This document shows positions 47,337-58,987 of a DNA stretch of 64,000 nt, piece by piece. Source of the DNA: Parachlamydiales bacterium (lineage in GTDB: Bacteria; Chlamydiota; Chlamydiia; Chlamydiales; CALOCV01); assembly GCA_942491955.1 (NCBI GenBank), contig CALOCV010000030.1, positions 8,473 through 72,472 on the forward strand, in the 5' to 3' direction. Every line of letters begins with the position of its first letter. The stretch's first letter is position 1. The position numbers and the translations under genes are program-made. The notes beneath the pieces were generated by a model. That model saw only the letters and a list, made by a program, of their open reading frames with translations, did no database searches and was not told where the DNA came from.

Positions 47337-50300
47337 TTATGCTGCAGGAGCCGTTATTTCATCGGAAAAATCAAAAACGAGGTCTTCCTCATCTTCGAGG
47401 CCTACTCTTCGTTTCGCTGCCTTATGTCGATGAAATCCTGTTCCCCCTGGGATGATATGCCCCATAATCACATTTTCTTTAAAGCCCATGAGATTATCCG
47501 TTTTCTTTGCACAGGCTGCTTCTGTCAACACACGAGTTGTGTCTTGGAAAGAGGCAGCTGAAATAAACGATTCGGTTCCAAGAGAGGATTTTGTGATACC
47601 AAGGAGAATAGGAGCGGCTGTTGCGGCTCTCCCCCCTTCTTGCGTTGCCTTGCGGTTTTCTCTTTCAAACTCTCTTTTATCGACTTCTTCTCCGAAAAGA
47701 AGATTGGTATCTCCAGGTTCAACAATGCGAACTTTTTTCAACATTTGTCGAATGATGATTTCGATATGCTTATCATTAATATCAACCCCTTGGAGACGGT
47801 AGACCTCTTGCACTTGGTTGACCATATATTTTTGGAGCTCCCGAACACCACATACCTCAAGAATTTCATGAGGAATGACCAATCCGTCGGTGAGCTGCTG
47901 CCCCTTAACAACGTGATCGCCTCGCTGAACAAAGAGATGCTTTGTATGAGGAATAAGGTGTTCTTCTTCCATGCCTGAGATGGGATCGCGAACGAGGACG
48001 ATCCTTTTACCTTTATGAACGCGAAAGTCAACTTCACCGTCGATCTTAGATATTTCGGCAGCATTTTTGGGTTTTCTAGCTTCTAGAAGCTCGGCAACAC
48101 GAGGGAGGCCTCCGGTAATATCTTTTGTCTTGATAGCCCCACGAGGAATCCGCGCAAGAAGGGTACCTGCTTTAGCAAAATCTCCCTCACTTACGGACAA
48201 GATAGCCCCTGGAGGAAGAGGATATGTTCCAATAAGACTTTGATACTCTTTATCGGAGTAAATGGCGACGTGGGGATGGAGCTCTCCACGATGCTGTTTC
48301 ACAACGAGTTCTGTTTGTCCTGTTTGTTTATTAAGATCTTTTTCGCTAGAAATTCCTTCCACGAGATCTTCATACTTCACATACCCGGGACGATCACAGA
48401 TAATCGGAACGTTATGGGGTTCGAACTCGGCAATTTTTTGGCCGGGACGTACCTGTGAACCGTCTTCGGTAAAAACACGGGTCCCTAATTCAAGGGTAAA
48501 TGTTTGCAAAGGCTCAATCGACTTTGTTGCGAGCAGTTTTTTATATTCTTCTAAGGATCTTCCTTCGTCGCGAACGACATGGAGAGAACCATTTTTATTC
48601 AGGACAACCCACTCCCCTGCTTCGTTGCGTACAGTTCGCAGTTCAAAATAGACAAGAATACCTTGTTGTTCTGTAACCAATTCGGGTGTTAATGAAGCTG
48701 AAGCAACCCCTCCCAAGTGGAACGTACGCATCGTCAGCTGTGTTCCGGGTTCTCCGATTGACTGGGCGGCAATAATGCCAACAGCTTCTCCTTGACTTGC
48801 AGAACGGCCATCGGCCAAGTTCATTCCGTAACATTTTGCACAAACACCCCATTTGACCTCACATGTCAGGGCTGAACGGATACGCACGGTATCAATCCCT
48901 GCGTCATCGATGGCTTCGGCCTGTTTGACAGTGAGCAGATCTCCTGCTTTTGCAAGTTGTTTTGTGCTATCACCTGGTAGGTAAATATCATCGCAGCAAG
49001 TCCGCCCAAAGATACGATCTCTTAAAGGGAGAAGTTCTTCTTGTCCTTGTTTGATTGCTGAGACTTCAATGCCGTTCAGGGTACCACAATCGTCATCGGT
49101 AATGATGAGATCTTGAGCGACATCGACAAGACGTCGGGTCAGGTATCCGGAGTCGGCAGTTTTCAAAGCGGTATCGGCCAATCCCTTCCTTGCACCGTGG
49201 GAGGAGATCGAGTACTCCATAACGGTCAATCCTTCCCGGAAGTTGGAAGTAATGGGCGACTCAAGGATTTCTCCTGAAGGACGTGCCATGAGTCCCCGTT
49301 GAGCACCGAGCTGCCGTACTTGCTGCTTATTTCCTCGAGCTCCAGAGTCGAGCATGAGATAGAGAGGATTCATTATCCCTGAGGTCGTGTCACTGAGCAA
49401 ACGGAATAATTCATCAGAGAGTTGTTCGGAAACTTCTGTCCAAATACTAATCGTTTTTGAATGGCGTTCTCCATCGGTAATAACACCATCGGCGTATTGT
49501 TTTTTGACATGAGCCACTTTTTTATGGGCTTCATTGAGAATTTTTTGCTTGTTAGAAGGAATCATGACATCTTTAACGCCAATGGATATTGCCGCTTTTG
49601 TTGCTTCTCGAAAACCCAATGCTTTCAAATTGTCAAGGAAGCGAACGGTGCGTTCGAGCCCGACGAGTTTGTAGCACTGCATGACAAGCTCTCCCATCTT
49701 CTTTTTTGGTAAGGGATAGTTTTGAAATCCGAGTTCATCCGGAACGATTTGGTTAAAAATCACACGTCCTGGTGTCGTTTCGATGATTCCGTGTGCTGTA
49801 CGCAATTTGATTTTCTCATGCAAATAAATTCCTTTACTATCGGCATAATCGGATGATTTTTCTTCGCCTTGACGGAACCACAGGTAACGATTACTTGCAT
49901 TCAGAGCGAGCAATACCTCTTCTTCATTCCTAAAGATATGTCGTTTTTTTCCATGTTCTTCAGGATCATAGAGGGCATCGATCATCAAATAGTACAATCC
50001 GAGAGTCATATCTTTGGATGGTGTTGCGACGGGTTTTCCTGATGAAGGCAAGAAAATATTGTCGGGAGCCATCATGAGCAATTTCGCTTCAAGCTGTGCC
50101 TCGACAGAAAGAGGGACGTAAACCCCCATTTGGTCTCCATCAAAGTCGGCGTTGAATGCGGCGCAAACAAGCGGGTGAACGCGAATGGCTTTTCCCTCAA
50201 TGAGTACGGGTTCAAAGGCTTGGATCCCTAAACGGTGAAGAGTGGGTGCTCGGTTGAGAAGGACGGGGTGTCCTTGAATAATTTCCTCGAGAACATCCCA

Positions 50301-51605
50301 TACTTCTGGTGCTTGTCTTTGGATCATGCGTTTTGCTGAACGAATGGTATAGACATAACCTAAATCTTTTAAACGTTTTACAATGAAGGGTTCGAATAAT
50401 TCCAATGCCATTAATTTGGGCAAACCACATTGATTGAAGTTCAATTCGGGACCAACGACGATAACGGAACGGCCTGAATAGTCGACGCGTTTTCCCAAAA
50501 GGTTTTGACGGAAACGGCCCTGTTTCCCTTTTAGCATTTCTGCAAGAGATTTTAGAGGGCGATTTCCGGCCCCCATAACGGGATGTCCGTGACGGCCGTT
50601 ATCAAAAAGAGCGTCAACAGATTCTTGCAACATTCTTTTTTCGTTTCGAACAATCACTTCTGGAGTTTTTAGTTTGAGGATCGCTTTGAGTCGATTATTC
50701 CTATTGATGACACGTCGATAGAGATCATTGAGATCCGACGTAGCGAAACGTCCTCCGTCAAGAGGAACAAGAGGGCGTAGTTCTGGAGGAATGACGGGGA
50801 CACAAGAGAGAACCATCCAACTCGGATCATTTCCTGAAGAGACAAAGGACTCGACGATTTTTAATCGCTTGGCGAGCTTGATTCGTGCTTGTTGCGATTT
50901 GGTTTTGCGAAGTTTTTCTTTAAGTTCAAAGAGACTGGCTTGGAGATCTTCTGTTCGCAGTAAATCGCGAATGGCTTCTCCTCCCATTTTTGCAACAAAA
51001 GAATCACGTCCCCATTTTTCAACGGCTTCTCTCAATTCCTGATCAGTAAGGAGTTGTTTTCGTTCTAATTCTGTTGAACCAGGATCGACAACGACCCATT
51101 CTTCGTAGTAGATAATTCTTTCGAGATCGGTCGAGGTCATTCCTAGAACGTTTCCAATACGTGAGGGCATGGTTTTGAAAAACCAAATATGGACCACAGG
51201 GACGGCGAGATCGATATGTGCCATTCGGTCGCGTCGGACGCTAGAGACGGTCACTTCCACGCCACATCGATCGCAGACGATCCCTTTGTGTTTAATTTTT
51301 TTGTACTTTCCACAAGCACATTCCCAATCGCGTGTAGGACCAAAGATTTTTTCGCAGAACAATCCCCCTTTTTCGGGTTTGAATGTTCGATAATTGATCG
51401 TTTCGGGTTTTTTAATTTCTCCTCGCGACCATTTATTTCGAATCACATCTTCGGAAGCAATTCCAATGGTAAGACGATCAAACTCTGCAAGATCGTCGTC
51501 TTCCTCAATGGCAACCTCTTTTGCTTTCACGGGAGATTGTTTAAGAGGATCATCCCAAAGTGATTTCTTCTCTTTTTCTTGTTCTGCGCGTTCTTCTTCA
51601 GCCAT
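47337..51605 (-). CDS. rpoC: DNA-directed RNA polymerase subunit beta'
   Basis: 1422 aa with NADFDGDQM, the zinc-binding CxCGKY..C..CGV motif, and its position after rpoB. Confidence 0.97.
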   Translation of the reverse strand: MAEEERAEQEKEKKSLWDDPLKQSPVKAKEVAIEEDDDLAEFDRLTIGIASEDVIRNKWSRGEIKKPETINYRTFKPEKGGLFCEKIFGPTRDWECACGKYKKIKHKGIVCDRCGVEVTVSSVRRDRMAHIDLAVPVVHIWFFKTMPSRIGNVLGMTSTDLERIIYYEEWVVVDPGSTELERKQLLTDQELREAVEKWGRDSFVAKMGGEAIRDLLRTEDLQASLFELKEKLRKTKSQQARIKLAKRLKIVESFVSSGNDPSWMVLSCVPVIPPELRPLVPLDGGRFATSDLNDLYRRVINRNNRLKAILKLKTPEVIVRNEKRMLQESVDALFDNGRHGHPVMGAGNRPLKSLAEMLKGKQGRFRQNLLGKRVDYSGRSVIVVGPELNFNQCGLPKLMALELFEPFIVKRLKDLGYVYTIRSAKRMIQRQAPEVWDVLEEIIQGHPVLLNRAPTLHRLGIQAFEPVLIEGKAIRVHPLVCAAFNADFDGDQMGVYVPLSVEAQLEAKLLMMAPDNIFLPSSGKPVATPSKDMTLGLYYLMIDALYDPEEHGKKRHIFRNEEEVLLALNASNRYLWFRQGEEKSSDYADSKGIYLHEKIKLRTAHGIIETTPGRVIFNQIVPDELGFQNYPLPKKKMGELVMQCYKLVGLERTVRFLDNLKALGFREATKAAISIGVKDVMIPSNKQKILNEAHKKVAHVKKQYADGVITDGERHSKTISIWTEVSEQLSDELFRLLSDTTSGIMNPLYLMLDSGARGNKQQVRQLGAQRGLMARPSGEILESPITSNFREGLTVMEYSISSHGARKGLADTALKTADSGYLTRRLVDVAQDLIITDDDCGTLNGIEVSAIKQGQEELLPLRDRIFGRTCCDDIYLPGDSTKQLAKAGDLLTVKQAEAIDDAGIDTVRIRSALTCEVKWGVCAKCYGMNLADGRSASQGEAVGIIAAQSIGEPGTQLTMRTFHLGGVASASLTPELVTEQQGILVYFELRTVRNEAGEWVVLNKNGSLHVVRDEGRSLEEYKKLLATKSIEPLQTFTLELGTRVFTEDGSQVRPGQKIAEFEPHNVPIICDRPGYVKYEDLVEGISSEKDLNKQTGQTELVVKQHRGELHPHVAIYSDKEYQSLIGTYPLPPGAILSVSEGDFAKAGTLLARIPRGAIKTKDITGGLPRVAELLEARKPKNAAEISKIDGEVDFRVHKGKRIVLVRDPISGMEEEHLIPHTKHLFVQRGDHVVKGQQLTDGLVIPHEILEVCGVRELQKYMVNQVQEVYRLQGVDINDKHIEIIIRQMLKKVRIVEPGDTNLLFGEEVDKREFERENRKATQEGGRAATAAPILLGITKSSLGTESFISAASFQDTTRVLTEAACAKKTDNLMGFKENVIMGHIIPGGTGFHRHKAAKRRVGLEDEEDLVFDFSDEITAPAA

Positions 51606-51622
51606 GAATTACCTCATCCACA

Positions 51623-54600
51623 TCATGTTCCCAGGGTTTCTGCCCGTACGTCGAGACCGAGACCTTGCATTTCTTTGATTAATACGTTAAAGGATTCAGG
51701 AGTCCCTGCTCTAAGTAGGTTCTCCCCTTTAACAATGGACTCATAAATACGAGTCCGTCCATTGACATCATCTGATTTGACTGTCAGCAATTCTTGTAAT
51801 AAGTTTGCAGCGCCATAGGCTTCTGCAGCCCAAACTTCCATCTCTCCGAAACGTTGCCCTCCTTTCTGCGCTTTACCACCGAGCGGTTGTTGGGTAACAA
51901 GAGAATAGGGTCCTGTTGCGCGTGCGTGAATTTTATCGGCAACAAGGTGTCCTAATTTCATCATGTAAATATAACCAACAGCGACGCGATGATCAAAACG
52001 AGAACCTGTCATTCCATCAAAAAGGGTGAATTTTCCATCGTCGGGCATTCCTTCTTCGCGCATCATTTTCCAGATTTCTTCTTCTGGGAAACCTTCGAAT
52101 ACAGGGCTTTGGACGTAAATTCCCTTCTTGTATGCAGCAAACCCGAGATGGGTCTCAAACAATTGGCCCATATTCATCCGAGAGGGTACACCAAGAGGAT
52201 TGAGAATGATATCGATAGAACGGCCATCTTCCATAAAAGGCATATCGGCTTCGGGAACAATAATGGAGACAACGCCTTTATTTCCATGGCGTCCCGCCAT
52301 TTTATCTCCAACTTGCAGTTTCCGTTTCGAGCCAATATAGACCTTTACTTGACAAATGACACCAGGATCGAGATCAATATCTCCTTTTCGGAGGTATTCC
52401 AATTTCCCTTTGTATTTTAATTCAAGCTTTTGCAAAGCCACTTCATAGTCCCGCAAGATATTTTTTAAGGTGTCGTAAGTGGGATGAGAAGGAGTGAGAA
52501 GGTCGTCGACCTCTTCTCCTTCTAACATTTCAATAATCTCTTGGGTGAACAGGGTTCCCTCTTCGACTAAAATCTCTGCAGAAGTTCGATGGATAATGGG
52601 AGTTGGTGCTTTTTCGTTGAGGAGTAGAGCTCCCATTCTTTCATGAAACTGGAGTTTTGTCTCTTCAAGATGGGTTTTATATTCCTTTTGAATCGATTTA
52701 ACACTTGAAGCCTCTTCAATGAGGTCTTCATCGGTTTTTGTTAGACGATCCAGCTTTCGAAATTCTTTGACACCCATCACATCTCCTTCCGTTCCTGGAG
52801 GAGCAATAAGAGAAGCATCGCGAACATCTGCTGCTTTTTCACCAAAGATGGCCCTTAGTAAGCGCTCTTCGGGAGAGAGTTCTGTCTCGGATTTCGGGGT
52901 AATCTTTCCAACGAGTATATCACCAGGTTTTACTTGGGCTCCGATACGAATGATTCCATCATCACCTAAATCTTTGAGAGCTTCTTCAGAGACATTGGGA
53001 ATGTCTCGTGTGATTTCTTCTTTACCGAGTTTGGTATCACGAGCTGTCAATTCAAATTCTTCGATATAGATCGAAGTAAAAGCATCTTCTCTGAGAAGCT
53101 TTTCTGAAATAATAATAGCATCCTCAAAATTATATCCATTCCACGGCATGAAGGCGACAAGAGCATTCCTTCCCAGAGCCACTTCTCCATTTTCGGTAGC
53201 GGGACCATCAGCAATAACATCACCTGCTTTTATTTGATCTCCAACAGAAACAAGGGGTTGTTGATTGATGCATGTTCCTGCATTAGAACGGAGAAATTTC
53301 TTCAGCAAGTAGGTGCGTTTCTTTTTTGGATTTCGCGTAGGAGCGATGATGATTTCTAAACCATCGACATATTCGACCACGCCGTCTTCGTCGGCGATGA
53401 CAAGGGCGCCAGAATCTCTTGCGGCGCGATGTTCGAGTCCTGTTCCGACGATAGGTGCTTGAGGCTTTAGCAAGGGAACCCCTTGCCGTTGCATATTGGA
53501 TCCCATCAAAGCGCGGTTTGCGTCATCATGTTCGAGGAAGGGGATTAAGCCGGTTACAATGGAAACGAGCTGTTTTGGAGAGACATCCATATGGGTGACT
53601 CTCTCGGTCTCGATTTCCAATTGTTCTCCACGATAACGTGACCAGACAATGTCGTTAACAAACATATTGTGATCATCGAGCTCGGCTGAAGCCTGTGCGA
53701 TCACACATTTTTCTTCTTGATCGGCGGTCATGTATTCAATTTCATCGGTTACTACTTCATCCCGAACGATTCGATAAGGGGTTTCGATAAAACCGAATTC
53801 GTTAATTTTCGCAAAGGAAGAGAGCGAAGTAATCAATCCGATATTTGGACCTTCAGGAGTTTCAATGGGACAAATTCTTCCATAATGGCTGGAATGCACG
53901 TCTCGCACTTCAAAACCGGCACGATCTCGGTTAAGACCACCGGGCCCTAAAGCGGAAAGGCGTCGTTTATGTGTTAGCTCGGCAATGGGGTTGGTTTGAT
54001 CCATGAACTGCGAAAGCTGAGAGCGCCCAAAGAAATCTTTTAGAACACCTGCGAGTCCTTTTGCAGAAATGATCTTCCCTGGGGTGAGGGTATCGGAAGT
54101 GAAGTCAAATAGGTTCATTCGCTCGCGAACGATTTTTTCCATGCGAGCCAAACCAACACGGCACTGATTTTGAATCAATTCTCCTACTGAACGGACGCGA
54201 CGGTTTCCAAGATGGTCTATATCGTCAATATAAGTGGTTTGCTTTCCTCTTTTTAGATCGAGAAGATACTTTAAGGCACCGATGACATCTTCTTTACGCA
54301 ACGTGACATTTTCGAGATCTTGGTCAGTGAGAGGAAATTCCAATTTACTATTGAGCTTATACCGTCCAACACGACCTAAATTGTACCGTTTAGGATCAAA
54401 GAAAAGGCGCATCATAGCAGATCGTGCGTTCGCTAGAGTAGCGGGTTCGCCGGGTCGGATTTTCCGATAGAAATCTTTTAAAGCTGCTTCATAGGAATCG
54501 GTAGGATCTTTTGCCAACATTTTAATGATGGGATGGGTTTCATCGGCATCTTCGGCAATGGAGACTTGTTTGATTCCAGCATCAACCATTCGTTTAAGCA

Positions 54601-55381
54601 TCGCTGTGGTCAATTTTTCACCGGCTCGACCGAAAGAGAGTCCACTTTCTTCATCGATATTGTCTTCGGCAAGGATTTTTCCGAGAAGATCGGGAAAGTC
54701 CTTTTGTGATTTCAGGGGCATTTTTTTTACAACAAAAAAGACTTCAATGATGTCACTATTCGAAGAATATCCAAGAGCTCGTATAAACGTTGTCGCCAAA
54801 ATTTTTCTGCGTCGTTTTTTGCGATCGATATAGATATGAATGAGATCGTTCAAGTCAAATGAGGCTTCAAGCCAACTACCTCGATAGGGGATCATTCGAA
54901 ACGAGTAGATCATGTTGCCCCTAGGATGGCGCTCTTGCTCGAAACAAATACCAGGAGAACGGTGGAGTTGACTCACAACAACGCGTTCGGCACCATTGAT
55001 AATAAATGTTCCTTTGTCCGTCATAACGGGAATGGTTCCCATATAGACTTCTTCTTCTTTAATTCCCGTTTCGTCGGTAAGTCGAAATTTGACTTTTAGT
55101 GTCACGCTGTATGTGATTCCTCGGCGAATACATTCTTCAGGGGAATACTTGGGAACACCTAAATGGTACGCAAGAAATTCAAGAATTGTTTTTTCATCGT
55201 AAGATTGTATAGGGAAAATTTCATTGAAAATTTCTTGCAATCCAATATTTTCCCTTTTTTCAGGAAATGCGTCCGATTGCAAAAACTGATAATAGGACTT
55301 CACTTGGATTTCGATGAGATTGGGAAGATCGATGATCTCTTCCCTATTAGAAAAACTCACACGCTTCGGTGGCCTTTTCAT
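51623..55381 (-). CDS. rpoB: DNA-directed RNA polymerase subunit beta
   Basis: 1252 aa with motifs [13 protein letters not shown] and [19 protein letters not shown]. Confidence 0.97.
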   Translation of the reverse strand: MKRPPKRVSFSNREEIIDLPNLIEIQVKSYYQFLQSDAFPEKRENIGLQEIFNEIFPIQSYDEKTILEFLAYHLGVPKYSPEECIRRGITYSVTLKVKFRLTDETGIKEEEVYMGTIPVMTDKGTFIINGAERVVVSQLHRSPGICFEQERHPRGNMIYSFRMIPYRGSWLEASFDLNDLIHIYIDRKKRRRKILATTFIRALGYSSNSDIIEVFFVVKKMPLKSQKDFPDLLGKILAEDNIDEESGLSFGRAGEKLTTAMLKRMVDAGIKQVSIAEDADETHPIIKMLAKDPTDSYEAALKDFYRKIRPGEPATLANARSAMMRLFFDPKRYNLGRVGRYKLNSKLEFPLTDQDLENVTLRKEDVIGALKYLLDLKRGKQTTYIDDIDHLGNRRVRSVGELIQNQCRVGLARMEKIVRERMNLFDFTSDTLTPGKIISAKGLAGVLKDFFGRSQLSQFMDQTNPIAELTHKRRLSALGPGGLNRDRAGFEVRDVHSSHYGRICPIETPEGPNIGLITSLSSFAKINEFGFIETPYRIVRDEVVTDEIEYMTADQEEKCVIAQASAELDDHNMFVNDIVWSRYRGEQLEIETERVTHMDVSPKQLVSIVTGLIPFLEHDDANRALMGSNMQRQGVPLLKPQAPIVGTGLEHRAARDSGALVIADEDGVVEYVDGLEIIIAPTRNPKKKRTYLLKKFLRSNAGTCINQQPLVSVGDQIKAGDVIADGPATENGEVALGRNALVAFMPWNGYNFEDAIIISEKLLREDAFTSIYIEEFELTARDTKLGKEEITRDIPNVSEEALKDLGDDGIIRIGAQVKPGDILVGKITPKSETELSPEERLLRAIFGEKAADVRDASLIAPPGTEGDVMGVKEFRKLDRLTKTDEDLIEEASSVKSIQKEYKTHLEETKLQFHERMGALLLNEKAPTPIIHRTSAEILVEEGTLFTQEIIEMLEGEEVDDLLTPSHPTYDTLKNILRDYEVALQKLELKYKGKLEYLRKGDIDLDPGVICQVKVYIGSKRKLQVGDKMAGRHGNKGVVSIIVPEADMPFMEDGRSIDIILNPLGVPSRMNMGQLFETHLGFAAYKKGIYVQSPVFEGFPEEEIWKMMREEGMPDDGKFTLFDGMTGSRFDHRVAVGYIYMMKLGHLVADKIHARATGPYSLVTQQPLGGKAQKGGQRFGEMEVWAAEAYGAANLLQELLTVKSDDVNGRTRIYESIVKGENLLRAGTPESFNVLIKEMQGLGLDVRAETLGT

Positions 55382-55638
55382 ATAAAGGTCTCCTTAATTA
55401 TAGTACATCGTAAACGAATTGGTTTGCGCCCGTACACAAATGCTCGTCCGATTAAAGGACATGGGCAACCAATTCTTGAATTTATTTGAGCATACCGACT
55501 TCGAAATGAGAATTTTTTGCGTTGACAACACAAAAATCGCATCATTTTCGAATTTGGCAAGAGCCTCGAAAAAAAACCGGAAAACTTGGAATAAATGCGG
55601 AACAAGAATTTGCATCGAGAGCAGCATACCACTTATAT

Positions 55639-55686
55639 AAAAAAAAAACAACAAGAAAACCAACAACGCTTATATTGCGTTGCTGG
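55639..55686 (-). terminator. Hairpin plus U-tract between rplL and rpoB (attenuator/terminator)
   Basis: On the minus strand: ccagcaacgc-aatataa-gcgttgttgg followed by a T-rich run ending in T10. Confidence 0.55.
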
Positions 55687-55707
55687 TTTACCAAAATAAA
55701 GAAATTT

Positions 55708-56109
55708 CTAAAGACCTTTAAGCGATGCTTTCGCTCCAGCTTCTTCAAGCTTTTTCTTTATTTCTTCGGCTTCTTCTTTTGGAGCAGAATCCTTGATCAC
55801 CTTCGGTGTGCTTTCAACGAGTTCTTTTGCCTCTTTAAGACCCAATCCAGTTAATTCTCGAACGATCTTAATGACAGCAATTTTCTTATCAGCAGGTGCC
55901 TCAACAAGAGTCACTTCAAAATCAGTGGACTCTTCTTCTTCAGCGGCAGCGCCTCCTCCCGCTGCAGGCATCATTCCTCCAGCAAAAGCGACAGGGGCAG
56001 CAGCTTGGACACCCCATTTGTCTTCCAAAGCCTTTTTCAGCTCGGACATTTCTAACACAGTTAGCCCACTAAGAGCTTCTACAATTTCTTCTGTACTTAA
56101 TTTACTCAC
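55708..56109 (-). CDS. rplL: 50S ribosomal protein L7/L12
   Basis: ..[43 protein letters not shown].. Confidence 0.95.
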   Translation of the reverse strand: MSKLSTEEIVEALSGLTVLEMSELKKALEDKWGVQAAAPVAFAGGMMPAAGGGAAAEEEESTDFEVTLVEAPADKKIAVIKIVRELTGLGLKEAKELVESTPKVIKDSAPKEEAEEIKKKLEEAGAKASLKGL

Positions 56110-56194
56110 GTTAACTACCTCACAATATAACTTTCTCTATGGTGTTACGAACCTAATCCCAATATGCAAATGGATCATCATTATGGAAATAGGT

Positions 56195-56710
56195 TCATCC
56201 TTCCTGTTGACTCTTGTTCTCCAAACAATACAAGACGGCTGTAAGAATCGATTGACACACCGCCAGTGTCTCTGTCATTGGAGCAACAAGTACACTTAAC
56301 AATTGAGAACGCATCTCATCCTTGCTCGGAAGTTTTGACAGTTTTTCCACTTCTGTACCGGTGTATAATTGACCGTCAAAACGTCCTCCGATTACTTCAA
56401 GAACATTCTCATTACTTTTACTGAAATCAAAAATAGTTTTTGCCGTTTCAATGGGGTCTGCTCCTCCAAAAACAAGCCCAATGTGTCCTGGAAGCTGATC
56501 CAAGTCCAAAAGGATGCCTGCTTCGTGCGCCGCTTTGACTAAAACTCTCTTGCGTACCATTTCGACATTGCCACCTAATTCAGCGACTTTATCGCGTAAG
56601 TCTCCAGCAGTAGAGGCATTTAAGCCAAAATAACGCATGATTACAAACGAACCATAATGCTCAACTTGTTCTCGGATTTCATCCAGGAGCAATTGTTTTT
56701 CTTCACGCAT
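56195..56710 (-). CDS. rplJ: 50S ribosomal protein L10
   Basis: Size and position between rplA and rplL, plus L10-like sequence. Confidence 0.9.
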   Translation of the reverse strand: MREEKQLLLDEIREQVEHYGSFVIMRYFGLNASTAGDLRDKVAELGGNVEMVRKRVLVKAAHEAGILLDLDQLPGHIGLVFGGADPIETAKTIFDFSKSNENVLEVIGGRFDGQLYTGTEVEKLSKLPSKDEMRSQLLSVLVAPMTETLAVCQSILTAVLYCLENKSQQEG

Positions 56711-56721
56711 TGGTTACCTCT

Positions 56722-57423
56722 TTAAATTTTCGCTTCCAGTTCACGCATATCGATTTTAATCCCAGGCCCCATGGTCGATGAAAGAACCAAAGACTTGAGA
56801 TAGTGCCCCTTTGCTGCAGCTGGTTTGGCTCTCCAAATAGCGGCTATAAAGGTCTCGACATTTTCTAATAATTGATTGGATTCAAAAGAGAGTTTTCCAA
56901 CGGCGTTATTAATGGCGCCTCTTTTATCAATTTTAAACTCAATTTTTCCTCCTTTCAATTCCTTAACTGCTGTAGCAACATCGTTGGTAACGGTTCCCGC
57001 TTTAGGCGTAGGCATCAACCCACGCGGCCCTAAAATTTTCCCCAATTTACCAACATCGCGCATCATTTCTGGTGTCGCAACCACTGCGTCAAATTCGATC
57101 CATCCTTTTGCCACTTTTTCAACAAAATCTTCACTACCAGCGAAATCAGCACCAGCATCAAGAGCTTGTTGAATAGCTTCTCCTTTGGCAAAAACAAGTA
57201 TCCGTGTTTTTTTTCCCGTTCCATTCGGTAGTGAAACGGTACCACGGACATGTTGATCCGAACGGCGAGGGTCGACTCCTAGTTTTATGGATACCTCCAT
57301 CGATGCATCAAATTTCACCGAAGGAGCCCGTTTTAACAAATCGATAGCATCGCTAAATGAGTAACGATCCTTAGGATCGTATAGCGACTCTATCTTCCGA
57401 AATCTTTTTGATCGACGACTCAT
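56722..57423 (-). CDS. rplA: 50S ribosomal protein L1
   Basis: ..[34 protein letters not shown].. is an L1 signature. Confidence 0.95.
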   Translation of the reverse strand: MSRRSKRFRKIESLYDPKDRYSFSDAIDLLKRAPSVKFDASMEVSIKLGVDPRRSDQHVRGTVSLPNGTGKKTRILVFAKGEAIQQALDAGADFAGSEDFVEKVAKGWIEFDAVVATPEMMRDVGKLGKILGPRGLMPTPKAGTVTNDVATAVKELKGGKIEFKIDKRGAINNAVGKLSFESNQLLENVETFIAAIWRAKPAAAKGHYLKSLVLSSTMGPGIKIDMRELEAKI

Positions 57424-57430
57424 TGTTTTC

Positions 57431-57871
57431 CTATTTTGTAATGAGATCTATTCCCATGGATCGTGCTGTTCCCAATACGATATGAACAGCCGCCTCAAGA
57501 TCACGAGCATTAAGATCTTGCATTTTGTCTTTTGCAATCTCTTCTGCTTGTGTTCGGGTCAATTGACCCACTTTGTCCCTATTCGGGACAGCTGAACCCT
57601 TCGTGATTCCAAGAGCTTTTTTTAGCATCTCAGCAACAGGAGGTTTCTTTAAAATAAATGTGAATGATTTATCTTTCCGTACAAAGATCACAACCGGAAG
57701 AATGACGCCATTCATATGTTGGGTTGCAGCATTAAATTCTTTACAAAAACCCATGATGTTAACACCTGCAGCCCCAAGGCTTGGCCCAATAGGAGGTGCA
57801 GGCTTCGCTTGTCCACCAGGAATTTGAAGCTTAATGATCTTTTCTATCGGTTGTTGTTTTTTCTTTGCCAT
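57431..57871 (-). CDS. rplK: 50S ribosomal protein L11
   Basis: [36 protein letters not shown]. Start taken at MAKKKQ. Confidence 0.95.
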   Translation of the reverse strand: MAKKKQQPIEKIIKLQIPGGQAKPAPPIGPSLGAAGVNIMGFCKEFNAATQHMNGVILPVVIFVRKDKSFTFILKKPPVAEMLKKALGITKGSAVPNRDKVGQLTRTQAEEIAKDKMQDLNARDLEAAVHIVLGTARSMGIDLITK

Positions 57872-57931
57872 AACCATTCCTTAACTACGATTCCATTCCC
57901 CAAAATTCATACGGAGGAACCACACAATTTG

Positions 57932-58507
57932 TTAACTCACTTCCTCTGCATCGACTTCTTCGACTTGCCAGAATTCGAGATCATCGACACGCGTATCGCG
58001 TCCAAAAATCGAAACCATTGCACTCAAACGCCCCTTTTCAGGAAATACCTCAATGATGGTTCCAATAAAATTGACAAAAACCCCATCAATGATTTTTACA
58101 TGGTCTCCTATGGAGAATTGATGTTTCTGTGTAACACCCTGTTTTTTGTCTTCCAGATCGCGAAGCACTTGCTCTACTTCTTCTTCAGTAAGAGAAGTCG
58201 GTTTAGCTCCACCTAAAAAGTCGATAACCCCTTGAGTGTCTTTTATGTATTGCCATGAATCATCATTCATCGACATTTTTACAAGGAGATAACCCGGCCA
58301 AATCCTCTTTTCAACGATCTTTTGCTCCCCTTTTTTCACCTCGGAGACGTTTTCTGTAGGAAGAACAATTTTCTCGATCCAATCCGTCATTCCCTTAGTT
58401 TCCAATTGTTCTTCCAATGTCCTCTTCACTTTTTTCTCTTGTGAAGAAAGAACTTGGATGACGTACCATTGAGCCATATTTTTGTCTCTACTTTTTTCCA
58501 TAACCAT
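57932..58507 (-). CDS. nusG: Transcription termination/antitermination factor NusG
   Basis: WYVIQV..., a KOW region (GDHVKIIDGVFVNFIGTIIEV), and its position. The true start may be the internal MAQWY (58477). Confidence 0.9.
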   Translation of the reverse strand: MVMEKSRDKNMAQWYVIQVLSSQEKKVKRTLEEQLETKGMTDWIEKIVLPTENVSEVKKGEQKIVEKRIWPGYLLVKMSMNDDSWQYIKDTQGVIDFLGGAKPTSLTEEEVEQVLRDLEDKKQGVTQKHQFSIGDHVKIIDGVFVNFIGTIIEVFPEKGRLSAMVSIFGRDTRVDDLEFWQVEEVDAEEVS

Positions 58508-58547
58508 GTCGATTTCAAAGACTTTTAATTCATTACTAAAGAGTATA

Positions 58548-58832
58548 TTACATACCTAAAAAATGAACAACTATACGCAAAGCTTGTAATAAGCTTTGAA
58601 TCACAACATCAACAAAATAGATGCTGAGTCCCAAAAAAAACTGTTGCTGCAACGACAATTTTTGTATAAACCAAACTTCTTCTTTGGGTGTCCATGTAAT
58701 TTTTTTTAACTCACCCTTAATGCCAGCAAAAAAATCGACGAGTTTTGCCGCTTGTCGATCCTTTGCTTTCTCTTTTGCAGAAGCAGAGGGTGGCGTTTTT
58801 TTCTCTTCCATGGACTGGGTTTCCGCGACCAT
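58548..58832 (-). CDS. secE: Preprotein translocase subunit SecE (TM helix partly frame-scrambled)
   Basis: ..GELKKITWTPKEEV.. and its position between tRNA-Trp and nusG. The annotated frame gives polar LSLQQQFF where another frame gives KIVVAATVFF. Confidence 0.8.
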   Translation of the reverse strand: MVAETQSMEEKKTPPSASAKEKAKDRQAAKLVDFFAGIKGELKKITWTPKEEVWFIQKLSLQQQFFLGLSIYFVDVVIQSLLQALRIVVHFLGM

Positions 58833-58858
58833 ATTGTTAAGCCTCTTTTAGGCGGTTT

Positions 58859-58932
58859 CGAGTGCGGAGGGACTCGAACCCCCGACCCGCGGCTTTGGAG
58901 ACCGCTGCTCTACCAAGCTGAGCTACACACCC
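58859..58932 (-). tRNA. trnW: tRNA-Trp (anticodon CCA)
   Basis: On the minus strand: gggtgtgtagctcagcttggtagagcagcggtctCCAaagccgcgggtcgggggttcgagtccctccgcactcg. The cloverleaf arms pair (acceptor stem has two G-U pairs) and the T-loop is ttcgagt. Confidence 0.9.
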
Positions 58933-58987
58933 ATTCCCACCACTTTAGAGAACTTAAAAAACGAGGAAAGTAAAATTTTGCTCTTTT

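Noticed and set aside
47452-55489. Many 60-140 aa ORFs on the plus strand within rpoC and rpoB, and 55793..56299 opposite rplL.
   Set aside because: They are shadow ORFs antisense to highly conserved genes.
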